A DNA stretch of 64,000 nt from Plasmodiophora brassicae (taxonomy: Eukaryota). The notes beneath the pieces were generated by a model, which was not told where the DNA came from, searched no databases, and was given only the letters and a program-made list of their open reading frames with translations. Position 1 is the first letter of the stretch. Each line of letters begins with the position of its first letter. The stretch covers positions 1,302,001-1,366,000 of the forward strand of contig CP145410.1 in assembly GCA_036867785.1 (NCBI GenBank), written 5' to 3'. Position numbers and translations under genes: made by a program. This document shows, in pieces, positions 43,925 through 55,108 of the stretch.

Positions 43925-44930
43925 ATTCCTCAAGAGCGTCACCCGATTCATTTATTGGAGATGGACGCATGCATCCATCCTTTGCTGAAATGTTCTGGCG
44001 TGCCTACTAGCCCTGACGGGAAACCGCTCCTTCAGCTTGTAGAATATCCCGAGGATTGGCCATCCCGCCGCCGCGCTCAAAACGCAGTGAACGACCTTCT
44101 CACGGGAAGGCACTGTGCATTGTTTGCCACTGCGCTCTCGGGAGCTGGAAAGGTACGTTAATATCCTCTCAGCAATCGGTCCTTTGTTCGGACTTTGAGG
44201 TGCACATAGATCACCCAGCTGGCCATGGACATGGCCCGCATCGAGTATGTCAACTACTTTGACTTATCTGCGACGAAGATTCGCCAGCCAGATTGTGCGG
44301 CGTTTCTTCGTCATTTGACGCATGTCTCGCGTAAGCTCCATAGACTGTATAGGTTTCCACCGAAGCGTAGATCTCGTTGAAGACGCATTTGATGCTGCGA
44401 TCGATTCGCTTCTTCTCTCGAGATTATTACTCCAGTTTCAGTTTCGTCGCGGTGCGACGCCATGGAGTTGGATGCTTTGGCAGATTGGTAACTTTGTGGG
44501 ATCCGAGCGTCTTACTGACAAATGCTTCTATGCCTGCCTGGAAATGCCAACACCTAAACGCGACCAGCTTGCCCGGATCGTCGATTCACTTATCAGACGA
44601 AGTGAATGTGTTGGCCGCATTGTTGTTTTTGATGAGGCCCAGGCCCTGTTTGTTGCGAGCTTTAGATGGTTTTACAAAAATGGTTGTTCTCCGGAGGCTG
44701 ATAGCAACAGTCCAAAGCGATACGCTCATCCCTCGAATGACCCCAACAGACGGCCAATTCTAAAGCGTGTCCTAAGCTGTGCGCTTCGGCTTGGTTTCTG
44801 CTTCTATGTCTCTGGGACGGACATGCTGCGTAATTCCTTAAAGAACCTTCATTCTGCGGTCTCAGACATGTCGTCGTTCTCGTCCCCGACATTTGACTTT
44901 CTTGCCGGCCCGCCAGAGGCGAACAAGTAG
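43820..44930 (+). pseudogene. Crinkler (CRN)-type P-loop NTPase fragment, probably truncated
   Basis: Walker A ALSGAGK, LLLSRLLL..TPWSWMLWQ, Walker B IVVFDEAQ, RPIL, VSGT. No CRN N-terminal header and no downstream nuclease domain before the stop. Confidence 0.65.
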
Positions 44931-45100
44931 ATCGCGGTACCCCACCGAAATTTGACTAAGGGCGCGCGAACACTGGAATAATCTGGATCTGGTACTGCCT
45001 GTCGATCGGATCTTAGGTGGGGCGCTCGTGGATGGTGCATGGAGCGTTGCCGCTGCAGTACAAGCGGCACCGCCGAGGCGGTACCGGAGCAGGATTGAGC

Positions 45101-46749
45101 ATGGCAGACTTGCTGACAATAGTTGGCCGGCTGATCAACGAATACGACGTATTGCGGTCGCCAGTGGATCCGACGACGTTTCTATTGTCCGTCTTGTCTG
45201 GCTCCCGGCATGGCCCGGGCGTGACAATTACGACGCCACAGCAGACGACAATGATCCAGAATGTGTTCTCCGGGATCATCACGCATTTCGACTGTTTGAG
45301 CAGGATCCTGGAAGGCGTTCAGAAGAGCTGCGTCGTGTCAAAAGGCGACCTTCCCCTGCTACGGGTGCTGGCCTACCTGATCCTGTTCCGCTGGGATGAC
45401 ATCGACATCATTGACTTACACGACTACGTCGTCCTGCGGCAGAAGCAGGACGCGGTTTTCATCCGGTTTCTGTTGCAGGCGGTGGTCGAAGGTGCCCATC
45501 ACCTTCGCGTCGTGATGTCCCAGTTCTACGATCCAGTCTACGTTCAGGAATCCATTCTAGGTCCGCTCGACAGAGACCGTAGCCGCCTTCTCGCGCTCAT
45601 CGACCGCTTCAAGGCCGGAAGCGCTCCATCGCGCCCGATCAGGAGGCGACCCAGGAGATCGCGGTGGCCCAAAGGAGATGTCGCGTCAAGTCGCGTGGGA
45701 GTCGCAGACCGCAGCGATCTGCCACCTCTTGTTTGGCTTCCGACCACAACCAACGTGGACGTTGAGGGGGTACCAAGCCGTACCCGTTCACCAGGTCGCC
45801 GGCCACAAACAGAGCGCGCTCAGCGTGTTGCGAAACCCAGCACGGTTCCTCAGCCGTTTGCGTTCACGCAGCGCGAACCCAAACGCCAGCCCCATCGCTC
45901 CGTTCCGGGCGTGTCGCACAAGGAGCCTGTGCAGCGACCCGCGATACCTGGCCCCGGCAAGCACGCGCCGACGATCACCACGCTGATGCGATATGAGGCC
46001 CACAGACCTGGCATTGCCCGATACCGACAACAGCACACAATTGGGGCTGTTACGGAACGAGACGCGCCACGTCAAGGTGACCCGGGCACCATGGTGCCAT
46101 TCCGGGTTCGCCGCGTCTTCGACCCCGATTCGTTCGAATTGCAACTTCGCCTGCGCCTTCAGCGACAAGGGATGCTGGCACACAGGCGGAGAGTGTGGCA
46201 AGCAGTCGACAGGGATAGACGAGCGGCATGTATAGCGAGGAGTGTCATGCAGCGCGCGGTTGCTCAGTTCGAAGCGGATGCGAGTGCCAGGTTCCATGAT
46301 AAGCTCCTGCTCCTGAAGCATGACAGGTCGCTTGCTAGATTACGAGCACAGGTAACGGGGGACAAGGTCGGTTCGAAGACCACCGCACGCGTCCACCAAT
46401 GTATAACTGTCCGCGTGTTGGCAGGTCCTCTTAAGCATGGCCGAACGGCTGGCAATCGATCGAGGGGCGCCACCATCTTTCCCTAAGCCAGCCACGCAGA
46501 CGGGCAAGACATCAACAGGAGTATTGCGAATAGACAATGATAGCACCGACGAACGTCGCGTCAGGAACGCGCAAGCAGCGCTCAGGGCCCAGGTATACCG
46601 GTGACCTCCTGGTGGTCTTCTGCAACCATCGTTTCCCATCTTCGTGTTTACAGATTGAACTAACGGAGGCTACTCGACGGAAAGAGAGACGGTGCCGACA
46701 GGTGTACGCGGCCGGGCCCGGTCCTGAGTTGCCTGGGACTCTGCGCTGA
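45101..46749 (+). CDS. CFAP99-like cilia/flagella-associated protein, spliced
   Basis: IQNVFSG, LAYLILFRWDD, FYDPVYVQESILGPL and TVPQPFAF resemble the CFAP99 N-terminus as recalled. Two inferred 3' introns. Confidence 0.6.
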
Positions 46750-46816
46750 CAGGTCGTTGGCGGGTGGGTAATAGACAACCACAGAGACGATCAGTGACGA
46801 AACAGCAAGGTGTTTA

Positions 46817-47437
46817 TCAGAGGAGTGCTTCCGCTGCTCCTGGTTGAGGACTGGCGTCATCCGGCAGTCTCTCTAAATCGTCGTCAGCGTGCTCGTCGGA
46901 TCGCCGGCACTGGGCGCTCTTGGCCGTGTGCATGCGCAGGTGTGTACGCCTGCTGAACGTCTTGTCGCACGTAGCGCACACGTGCGGCCGAATCCGCGTA
47001 TGCACCAGCTCGTGCTTCTTCAGGTTGCCCTTGTCGGCGAACGCTCTGACGCACGTGCCACACCGGAACGGGCGTTCGCCAGTGTGCACGCGCGCATGGC
47101 GCGTGAACTCGTACTTGGTCGCGAACGCCTTGTCGCAGTCCTGGCACGTGAACCGCTTGCTCCTTATGCGCTTCTTCTTCTGCCCGGGGATGTCGCCGAC
47201 CTGGCCTTCGACCGACTCGCCGACCGCGGTCTCGACCGGGGTCCACGCGCTGGACACACCTTCGGGTGGCCACTTGGCCCGGAAGGCGACGTCGCTGAGG
47301 ACCTTTAGGTTGACGCCACCCGGATCGGCCAGCATCGACGTCGACGCGGTCAGGGCGCACCTCGAGGCCTGTGGGATGACAACGGGACCAAGCGAGGCCT
47401 GGTCCGATTGGGAATCCGGTTCTGCTCCCGCGGGCAT
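46817..47437 (-). CDS. C2H2 zinc-finger protein (3 fingers)
   Basis: FTCQDC..HARVHTGERPFRCGTC..HELVH..HVCATC..H. Confidence 0.9.
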   Translation of the reverse strand: MPAGAEPDSQSDQASLGPVVIPQASRCALTASTSMLADPGGVNLKVLSDVAFRAKWPPEGVSSAWTPVETAVGESVEGQVGDIPGQKKKRIRSKRFTCQDCDKAFATKYEFTRHARVHTGERPFRCGTCVRAFADKGNLKKHELVHTRIRPHVCATCDKTFSRRTHLRMHTAKSAQCRRSDEHADDDLERLPDDASPQPGAAEALL

Positions 47438-47605
47438 GGGCGCACGGCGAGCGCCACGAGCAGCCGCGTTGACGGGATGGCGCACGAATATGTCAGAACA
47501 TGCGACCGTACGATCGCTAATCCGTCTAGCCTAGCAGTACCTTGTGACCACAAGTAGGGGACGACCGGAAGAGTACGACGGCGGATTTATAGATCTCAGC
47601 ACCGA

Positions 47606-48485
47606 TCATTCAGTCTGCATGGTCTGTGGTTGAGCAGCTGATGATTTCAGCATCGCCAGATCGCCCTCGCTGATTCTGCCGGACACCAGGATGGCCTCCA
47701 GCCGGTTAATCTCATCCAGGCTCGATGCCCTGTCGATAGCGATCTTGCGGAGAGCAGTCAGTACTGAATAGCCAGAAACGAAGGTACGACATAGACCTTG
47801 ATAAGCTTCTTAACTTCCGGTGTCAGCAGCTGCCTTAGTTCAGCGTCCTCCTCATGGTCCAAACGGGTGCCTGTTCTGTCGCGACCCTGGAACATGGCTG
47901 TGGCGCGTTCGCGTTCACTCACTTGCACTTTCTGGAAGTCAAGATGCCTCAGTTTGGGAAACATGCTGATTACATACAGCCTGTAATTGTCCAATGCTGT
48001 GACCGGATTCTTCAGCAGCGACAGCCTCTCTAGACCTGCGAACGGGTCAGCACCAGCGGGATGGGACCATGCAGTACTAAACTGACCTTTAAGTTCATGG
48101 AGTGGATCTAAGTCTTGAAGCCGTGCAAGTTGATTGTTGGTCAGCACGAGGGTTTGTAAGGACGGGAGAGCACGGCCAAGCCCGGGGGCGATCCGCCGAA
48201 TGCGGTTGTTATTGACAATAAGCGACTTGCACCGCTTTAGGATTGGGAAATTCTCCAACTTGATAATATCATTGTCGGAGAGATCAATGGCATCGAACTG
48301 ATCCTGTGTCGCTCCCAAACTCTCCACGGCCGGAATTTTCAACCCTGCCGATCACCGATGACAACGCCGTCCTTATACATGCAACCAGCTTAGCTCAATC
48401 TCCCACCTCGTAAGTTGAGCTCCCGTTCCAGGACGGCGTTGATGAAGGCAGGCGCCTCCTGGATGGTTTCCGCCGTCAGCCGCAT
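47606..48485 (-). CDS. SNRPA1: U2 snRNP protein A'
   Basis: MRLTAETI..ERELNLRG, KIPAVESLGATQDQFDAIDLSDNDI, YRLYVI..LDFQKV, IDRASSLDEINRLE. Confidence 0.95.
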
Positions 48486-48941
48486 GGTCGCAGTACGACG
48501 ACTTCCCAACTCCGCCGCGGACACCGTACCCTTTCCGTTAGGTAGGCACGGTAGACACATTGTAGTTCGGACCTCGCCCTGCATGACAATCTCATCCTGG
48601 CCTCTCTGCCGAATGTGCCAGCGGAGAGTCCTCCAGGCGTGAACATCATATCGTTACGTGAATTGCACGGCACCGGACCCTGTATTCAACATCGTCTCCG
48701 CATAAGGAAAGCATTCAACCGACCTACCTACATAGGTATATGTGGGAAATGTTTCGCCATAGCAGAATATATTTGGACAGTGTACTGTTGGCGACGGGCG
48801 CAACTCAGAAGGCCACACAGACAGGGGAGGTCCTGTCTCGTGGACGTGAACCTCGCACCAGGTTGTGGTCCCATTGGATTTTGCGAAGATTTTGTCGCGC
48901 ATTCGTCACTGGAGTGGCCGAACAGACGGCTGCTAGCGTCG

Positions 48942-51544
48942 ATGGGCCTGCTTGCCGTTGGCTCGCCGCTATCATGGGAGCAATCGCAGCAGTACCTTCA
49001 GCACGTGAAGAAGCACGGCATCGCGCAGTTCATCGCCACGTACCGTCGCTTGAAGGATCGCAGCAATGATGCGTTGTAATGGGTGTCGATGCTGGTCTCT
49101 GCCGTATTGTGGGCCGACGAATCGCTTTGGATAGTCTGTGGGGCGACGAGATCGAGTACCTTCTCGTTCGTCTTGACCGATCAACAAAATCGGCACGGCT
49201 TCTCCTGGTCGCGCATGATCTGCTGCTGAAGCTCAGCCACCTGGATGACCACTTTAAATCCAAAGTGGTATTCCATCCAGAGTATGGCCAGTTCATGGTG
49301 GAGACCACGCCAGGTACACCATACGGGGGCTTTACGACTCATCTCCCCCTGGTCGAATCGAACATGTTGCTCCGCCGTCATCTCATTCATGTAAGCGGTG
49401 AGGCAGTGGTCTGTCTTAGTCTCGCTCATCCACTGTTGGATCTTTAGAAAGCGTTGCCCACTGTTAATGATCGCCTGATGTCCATGGCGTCGTTCCCGTT
49501 GCTGGGCGTCGGCACACACACGGATCCACCCCTGCCGGCCGGTGGACCGATCACCACGTCGTCGTATGTTCCCGATGCAGTAATGAACCCACACCCAAGG
49601 TAGACGTGGTCATATTAGAACAGGTTCATCTCTGACGTGGCCTCAGATTTCCGTGTTTGACGGAAAATATTCGTAAGCGTCGGACCGACAAGGTATGCAT
49701 TACCGTCCCCCTGTTCAAGGACAAGAACACACCGGATGCTGCCTCTGTGCCTGCGCCCACGAAGAACAAATGGGGCGAGTTGCAGGGCGATTCACACGAC
49801 ACCATTCAGTGGGTGTCCGGCACGCTGATCGTGGCCGTGTGCTCAAACGTGTCTTTGGTCGTTTAGCATGGACGCTATGGCATTCGGGATGGGTTGCTGC
49901 TGTTTGCAGGTAACGTTCCAGTGTCGTAACATCGATGAAGCTCGCCATCTCTACGATCAGCTAGCCATTCTGTCTCCGATCATGCTCGCGCTGACGGCTG
50001 CGTCACCCTTCTTCAAAGGTTGGGCAGCCGGTCCTGTCCGTTACACCCATTTCTGACTTGCAACAGGGCGGATCGCTGACACAGACGTGCGCTGGAACGT
50101 CATCTCCCAATCAGTGGATGACCGGACACCTTATGAGCGGGGCCTGACGGATGACAATGGCGGTACTGGACAGCTCAGGCTGAAGAAATCCCGGTACAGC
50201 TCCATCGATGCGTACATCGGGACTAGCGATGCCATGCTTGATGCGTACAACGATGTCGATCTGGCCATGCACGATGAACACCTGCAATTGCTCCTTGCTG
50301 AAGGCATTGATGAACGCCTTGCACGCCACGTTGCTCATCTGTTTGTTCGAGATCCGCTTGTCGTCTTTTCTGAAACGATTGATATTGATGACGAGACCGA
50401 GACCGACCACTTCGAGAGTATTCAGAGCACCAACTGGAATACGGTTCGCTTCAAGCCCCGTACGTGAAGCATTGTGCATACTAATTTCGGCGTTTACCTG
50501 ATCCACCATGTTGACAGCGCCTGCTCACTCGACAACTGGGTGGCGTGTCGAATTCAGATCCATGGAAGTGCAGATCACAGACTTCGAGAACGCAGCGTTC
50601 ACTGTCTTTGTCGCTCTATTGTCTCGGGCTAGTACGTTGGTCTGCTGATATTCTCAAGTCGTCTAGGCTGAGCGTTCCTATTTGCAGTCCTGTTCCTGGA
50701 GCTGAATCTGTACCTGCCGATCAGTCTGTGCGATGTCAACCTTGAACGGGCACATGCAAGGGACGCTGTTATGACCCAAAAGTTTTACATTCGTACACTG
50801 CCCAAATCTGATTGCGCTCCCTGCCAATCGCCTATGGACCAAGACATGTTCCAGGAATTGACGATTAAGGAGGTCTGCTGCTGTCGCCTGTGCCGTTGTC
50901 GCCATTGCTGACTCCAGAGTTGCCAGATAATGTGTGGCAAGGAAGAACAATCGTGCAAGTTCCCGGGCATGATTGCGTTTGTTGTCGCATACCTGGATGT
51001 CATCAAATGCGATGAACGCTCTCGGGCGCTCATCGATGAGTATATCGACTTCATTCAGGTCGATATTGCCGCTTACAGCTTCGTCGACTGCCGGTTAACG
51101 TTCGGTCCATGCAGATGCGGGCAAGTGGCAACTTGATGACGGCCGCCAGTTGGATGCGTAGATTTGTTGACAGGCACCCTGACTATCAGCATGATTCGAA
51201 CCTACCCCAGTCTACCGTCTACGACTTGATTGAATGCTGCGACGCGTTGGCGGAAAGCCGTTTGCATTGCCCTCAGTTCCTGCCGCGTACGTCTGGGTTC
51301 ATTCAGCACTCGGCCGTGTCTCATTTGCACCATGGCAGCATTGGGTGAATCGCACAGGGCCATACTCGAACTGTCGAATGCTGCTGCGCAGTCCCCATTC
51401 GCAAATGGGGTTCCGCTGATAATCGATCTCGACAAAGAAAGTAGCGATGCAAGGTCGGTCTGCCAGATTATCCAGTTAGCGTCCAAAGCACGTCGTTTGG
51501 TGGATCTTCGACCAGAGCCTTTCGCGAAGGACGGCCATTGTTAA
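48942..51544 (+). CDS. GCLC: Glutamate-cysteine ligase catalytic subunit, many introns
   Basis: [84 protein letters not shown]. 3' end inferred. Confidence 0.96.
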
Positions 51545-51583
51545 AGAATACTGCAGGATAAGACGGCAGTGACGTATCGTAGT

Positions 51584-52537
51584 TCATTGGCGCAATGGGG
51601 GCGCTTCCTTTGTCGCATCTCGAGTAAAGGCAATTGTCAGTGCGAATCTGGATCCTTGGACGACCTGTTCAACCCCGTGAGCGTTCTCAGAACCACTCGA
51701 AAACATTAGCAATCGAGCTCGACGAGGTTCCACCCGGTAGACCTCCTCGGAACTATTGACGAACAAGAACCGCCCTCCGGTGAAGTCGGTGCCAAGCGAA
51801 TTCAGATACAGCAGGGCAGTAACCGCAAACGAGCCGTACTGAATCCGATCAATATGGGTCTCCCAATACACATCATGCTTCGTCTTCGGCGGGACAGAAC
51901 CGTTGATGCGGGTGAAGAAGGTCGGCGACGTGAGGTACAGTGGCTGTCCTGGCACATGGAATTTGGCTTCGGCTAGTGCCAGTGTCCTGTTGATGACACG
52001 TTGAAACCTGGTCGATAGGCCTCCAGTCAGTGCATTGAGTTCGGGGCTGTGGCATACAATAACGGACGTCGCGATATCGTCGCGGTTGAAAGGCGGTACA
52101 TGACGCGATTGCAGAGCACGGTAAACATCGATGAAGTGTCGGCCATGGGATACTGCACTTGAGAATAGATCGAGGATACTGGCCGGGCCTTCGCCGCCTC
52201 CAAACCGAAGACCTGTCCAACTCGTCGGCGTCGACGGTACGCTTTAAACGACTGCGGCTCCCTACCGTGTTTGACGATTCTCAACAGACTGTCAACTTCA
52301 CTGTCGGATGCAAATCTGTCGAAAATCAGCCGACCGCACACCCGGTCGCCGTTATCGACGCACGGCACGCCCTGCCAAGACCCATGACTACCTACATGCA
52401 ACACGATGCGCCTCCAGCGCCAGTCCACACACCTGATCCAGGACAATTCCCTGCCCAGGAGACTGGAACCACCATAACAGCGGCAGGCAGATAGCAATCG
52501 TTGCCACGGCCATTGAATGCCCTTTCGCCAGACCCAT
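51584..52537 (-). CDS. OGFOD3: 2OG-Fe(II) oxygenase, OGFOD3-like, N-terminal membrane anchor, spliced
   Basis: LYLTSPTFFTRI, YWETHID..YGSF..ALLYL, GGRFLF, FSSGSENAHGVE..RFALT. Confidence 0.85.
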
Positions 52538-52610
52538 GGCGACCCTCCGCCAACGCAATGGTCGACGATACGGATGTCCGTTGGACCGTTGCCCAACCCA
52601 AATGGTACGT

Positions 52611-53694
52611 TTATGTAGGTTTCCCCGGGTCAGACGATTGTGACTTCATCGAACCTATCGACACCGGGCGTCCGGGTCCGCCTGATAACGACTCTGTCGA
52701 GGGCTTCAGATCTGCTGTATGTGGACCTGGAACCGGCCAGCAATACCCATGGACGACGTCGTGGCCGGTGTTATCCAGCATCACAAGGAAGGGGACGGGC
52801 AGATTCGTTGTTGTTTTAACGCTCCACGTCATTCCGATGACAATCCTGGACCGCAGTCAGAATCGAGACGTAGAACAGCTGGTCAGTGGCAACAGTGCCC
52901 ACCATGTTAATGAGCAGAGGAAGAAGTAAGTCGTGAACCAGGAAAACAGGTCCAGCCCGAAGAGGAGGCCAGCGACGATACCTGACAGATGCCCCTGTAA
53001 TACTATGAACAGCACAGTTGGCGAAGCATAACGCCCCATACTACCACGAACGACGCGTTCGCAATGAGGAGTTGGGTGAAGAGCAGCGCCAGGATCGGCA
53101 CGACGATACGAGGAGTGGGGACAATGCCTAAGAAATACAGGGTCGTCCAGGGGTCCTGCATGGATCCCGTAGTGTACCAGGCGAAAAGAACCCTGTTGGG
53201 ACGCTTAAGCGACAGGGGTCGGATCCACCGGCTAACACTAGCACGAACGCTGAGTAGCCGACGCTCTGCTTATCAGCCGCCCCGGGCTGGTTCATTCGGT
53301 GCACCAGCAACCAAGTGGCACCCAGCGACAGGCACGATGAAACGACTATGAAGAGCGTTGTTACGCGAGCAAATTCCACCGTCCCTATCTGGGACTCAAA
53401 CTGCTGCCCTTGTGACCATGCCATGGACATGTTAAACGCCAGATGCAGGACACTGCCATGGCTGTAGGTTGATGTAATACAGCGCCACACCTGCTTCTCA
53501 TTCACAATTCCTGACTCGGCAGCACCGTCAGTTGCAATGACGCCGTCGGCGAAACCCAGCGTACGTCGGTATGACGAGGCAACCCGGGCGAGGTCCGACC
53601 GCGAGTTCCAGTGCCAGACCCACAGGACGAAGCAGACGGCGACGGTCGCGCTAGTCAGCGGCCAACGCACTAGATCGTGCCATATGCCCGCCAT
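52611..53694 (-). CDS. Rhomboid-family intramembrane serine protease, spliced
   Basis: QVWRCITS..H..HLAFNM, catalytic VGYS and GHLSG. Confidence 0.88.
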
Positions 53695-53983
53695 CCGCGC
53701 GCTACGCACATCGCATCAGGGGGGACGGGTTTCGGCCTCACGCACAAGTCGTGTACCCTCAGTTACGTGTGCGACCCAAGACGGTTTTAATGATAAATCC
53801 GCATAGGACGACGACGATCATGTCAAGCTCTGCGGCATGCGGCTGATCACTTCCCAGCCGGTTCCAGATAATAAGTGCCCGCTGTGGTCGTCATGTTAAA
53901 GCCCAGTCGGACTGCGGGGATCGCCACGGAGTCCGTAGGCTGCAGTTCCCACTCAGGCAGACCATCATTGCACTACATCAACC

Positions 53984-54451
53984 ATGGGGAAGTCCAAGAA
54001 GAAGGCCACGCCGGCAGAGATGCGTGCCAAAGTCAAAGCGGTCGTAGAAAGGCAGAAGAAGAGGAAACAGGAGCTGAAGGCCGCACGGGTAGTCAAGGGC
54101 ATCGCGAAACAGGAAGCCCTGGATAAGGAACGCGCTGCGAAATCCCTTGATGACGCGCTGCAGTACCTCACCCTGTGGGACACGAACCGGTCCGAGTGGA
54201 AGTTCCACAAGAAGCGCCAGATCACGCTCCTCAAGAACATGCTGGACCGGACGCGGGTCCCCAAACCGCAGTTCAAGATCCTGCTCCGGTACCTGGGCGG
54301 CCTCGGCGGTGTGGCCCGAGTGACCACAATCGCTGAGATGAAGGCCGAGATGGCAAGATCCCCAGACGACAACTGTGACGCCAAGACGCTCGGAAGGCGC
54401 CAGAAGCGCGCCTCGTGCATCGTGGAGTGCCTATCGGCACGTTCATCATAA
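53984..54451 (+). CDS. WKF-domain (C7orf50-like) protein
   Basis: ALQYLTLW...WKFHKKRQITLLKNM..YLGGLGG.AR. Confidence 0.8.
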   Translation: MGKSKKKATPAEMRAKVKAVVERQKKRKQELKAARVVKGIAKQEALDKERAAKSLDDALQYLTLWDTNRSEWKFHKKRQITLLKNMLDRTRVPKPQFKILLRYLGGLGGVARVTTIAEMKAEMARSPDDNCDAKTLGRRQKRASCIVECLSARSS

Positions 54452-54540
54452 AACGGGACAATAAAGCGCCTGACCATTCGAAACACGACGTGCCTGGCTG
54501 CCGGCCGGACGCTTGGTTGGTGCGCGCGCAGTGCGCGGCA

Positions 54541-55034
54541 ATGAGCGACAACAACGACGACGACGACGTGGAAGTACCCACTGCCCAAGCGGACGCCGGC
54601 AAGGGCAACAACCAGGACGCGGTCGTTGAAAAGGAACCGGGCAAGGGAGGTAGCGGCAGTCAAGAGCGTGGCGCGAGGACAGGGCTTCGTCGGCCGCGAC
54701 CGGCCGAGGAGAGCGCCGCCGCCGCCGTGCAGGAGCCGCGTCCCGTGATCAAGAGCCAGAAAACGTCCAAGAAGTCGGGGACGAAGGATTCGAAGAAGAA
54801 GGTGCGGAAGACGAACATCACCCGACGTCCGAAACGGTCGACCTATTCGGAGCACGTCCGCGACCATTACAGCTCGTGGGAGAACACCTCCACACTGATA
54901 TCGCCCGGCATGTGGAGATTGTTCCTAGATAATCGCAGGTACGATGTGTCGTCGTTCGTCACTTGAATGCGCTCGGTCCCTTCGTTGACGCTGTTGGCAG
55001 GTATGATGCGGCAGGAAACTTTCCCACTGAGTAA
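54541..55034 (+). CDS. Hypothetical low-complexity protein
   Basis: Open frame from the ATG at 54541 with acidic then Lys-rich composition. Probable intron near 54939; end uncertain; no family recognised. Confidence 0.4.
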
Positions 55035-55108
55035 ACTATATAACGTAAGGCGCGGTACGTGTACCCGGCTGTGTAGCGATGGTAATGGGCTGTCACACCG
55101 CGGTCTGT

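Noticed and set aside
9938-48485. RNA-processing gene cluster (UPF2, RIO2, PNRC-like, U2A')
   Set aside because: Spread over ~40 kb among unrelated genes; expected by chance in a compact genome.
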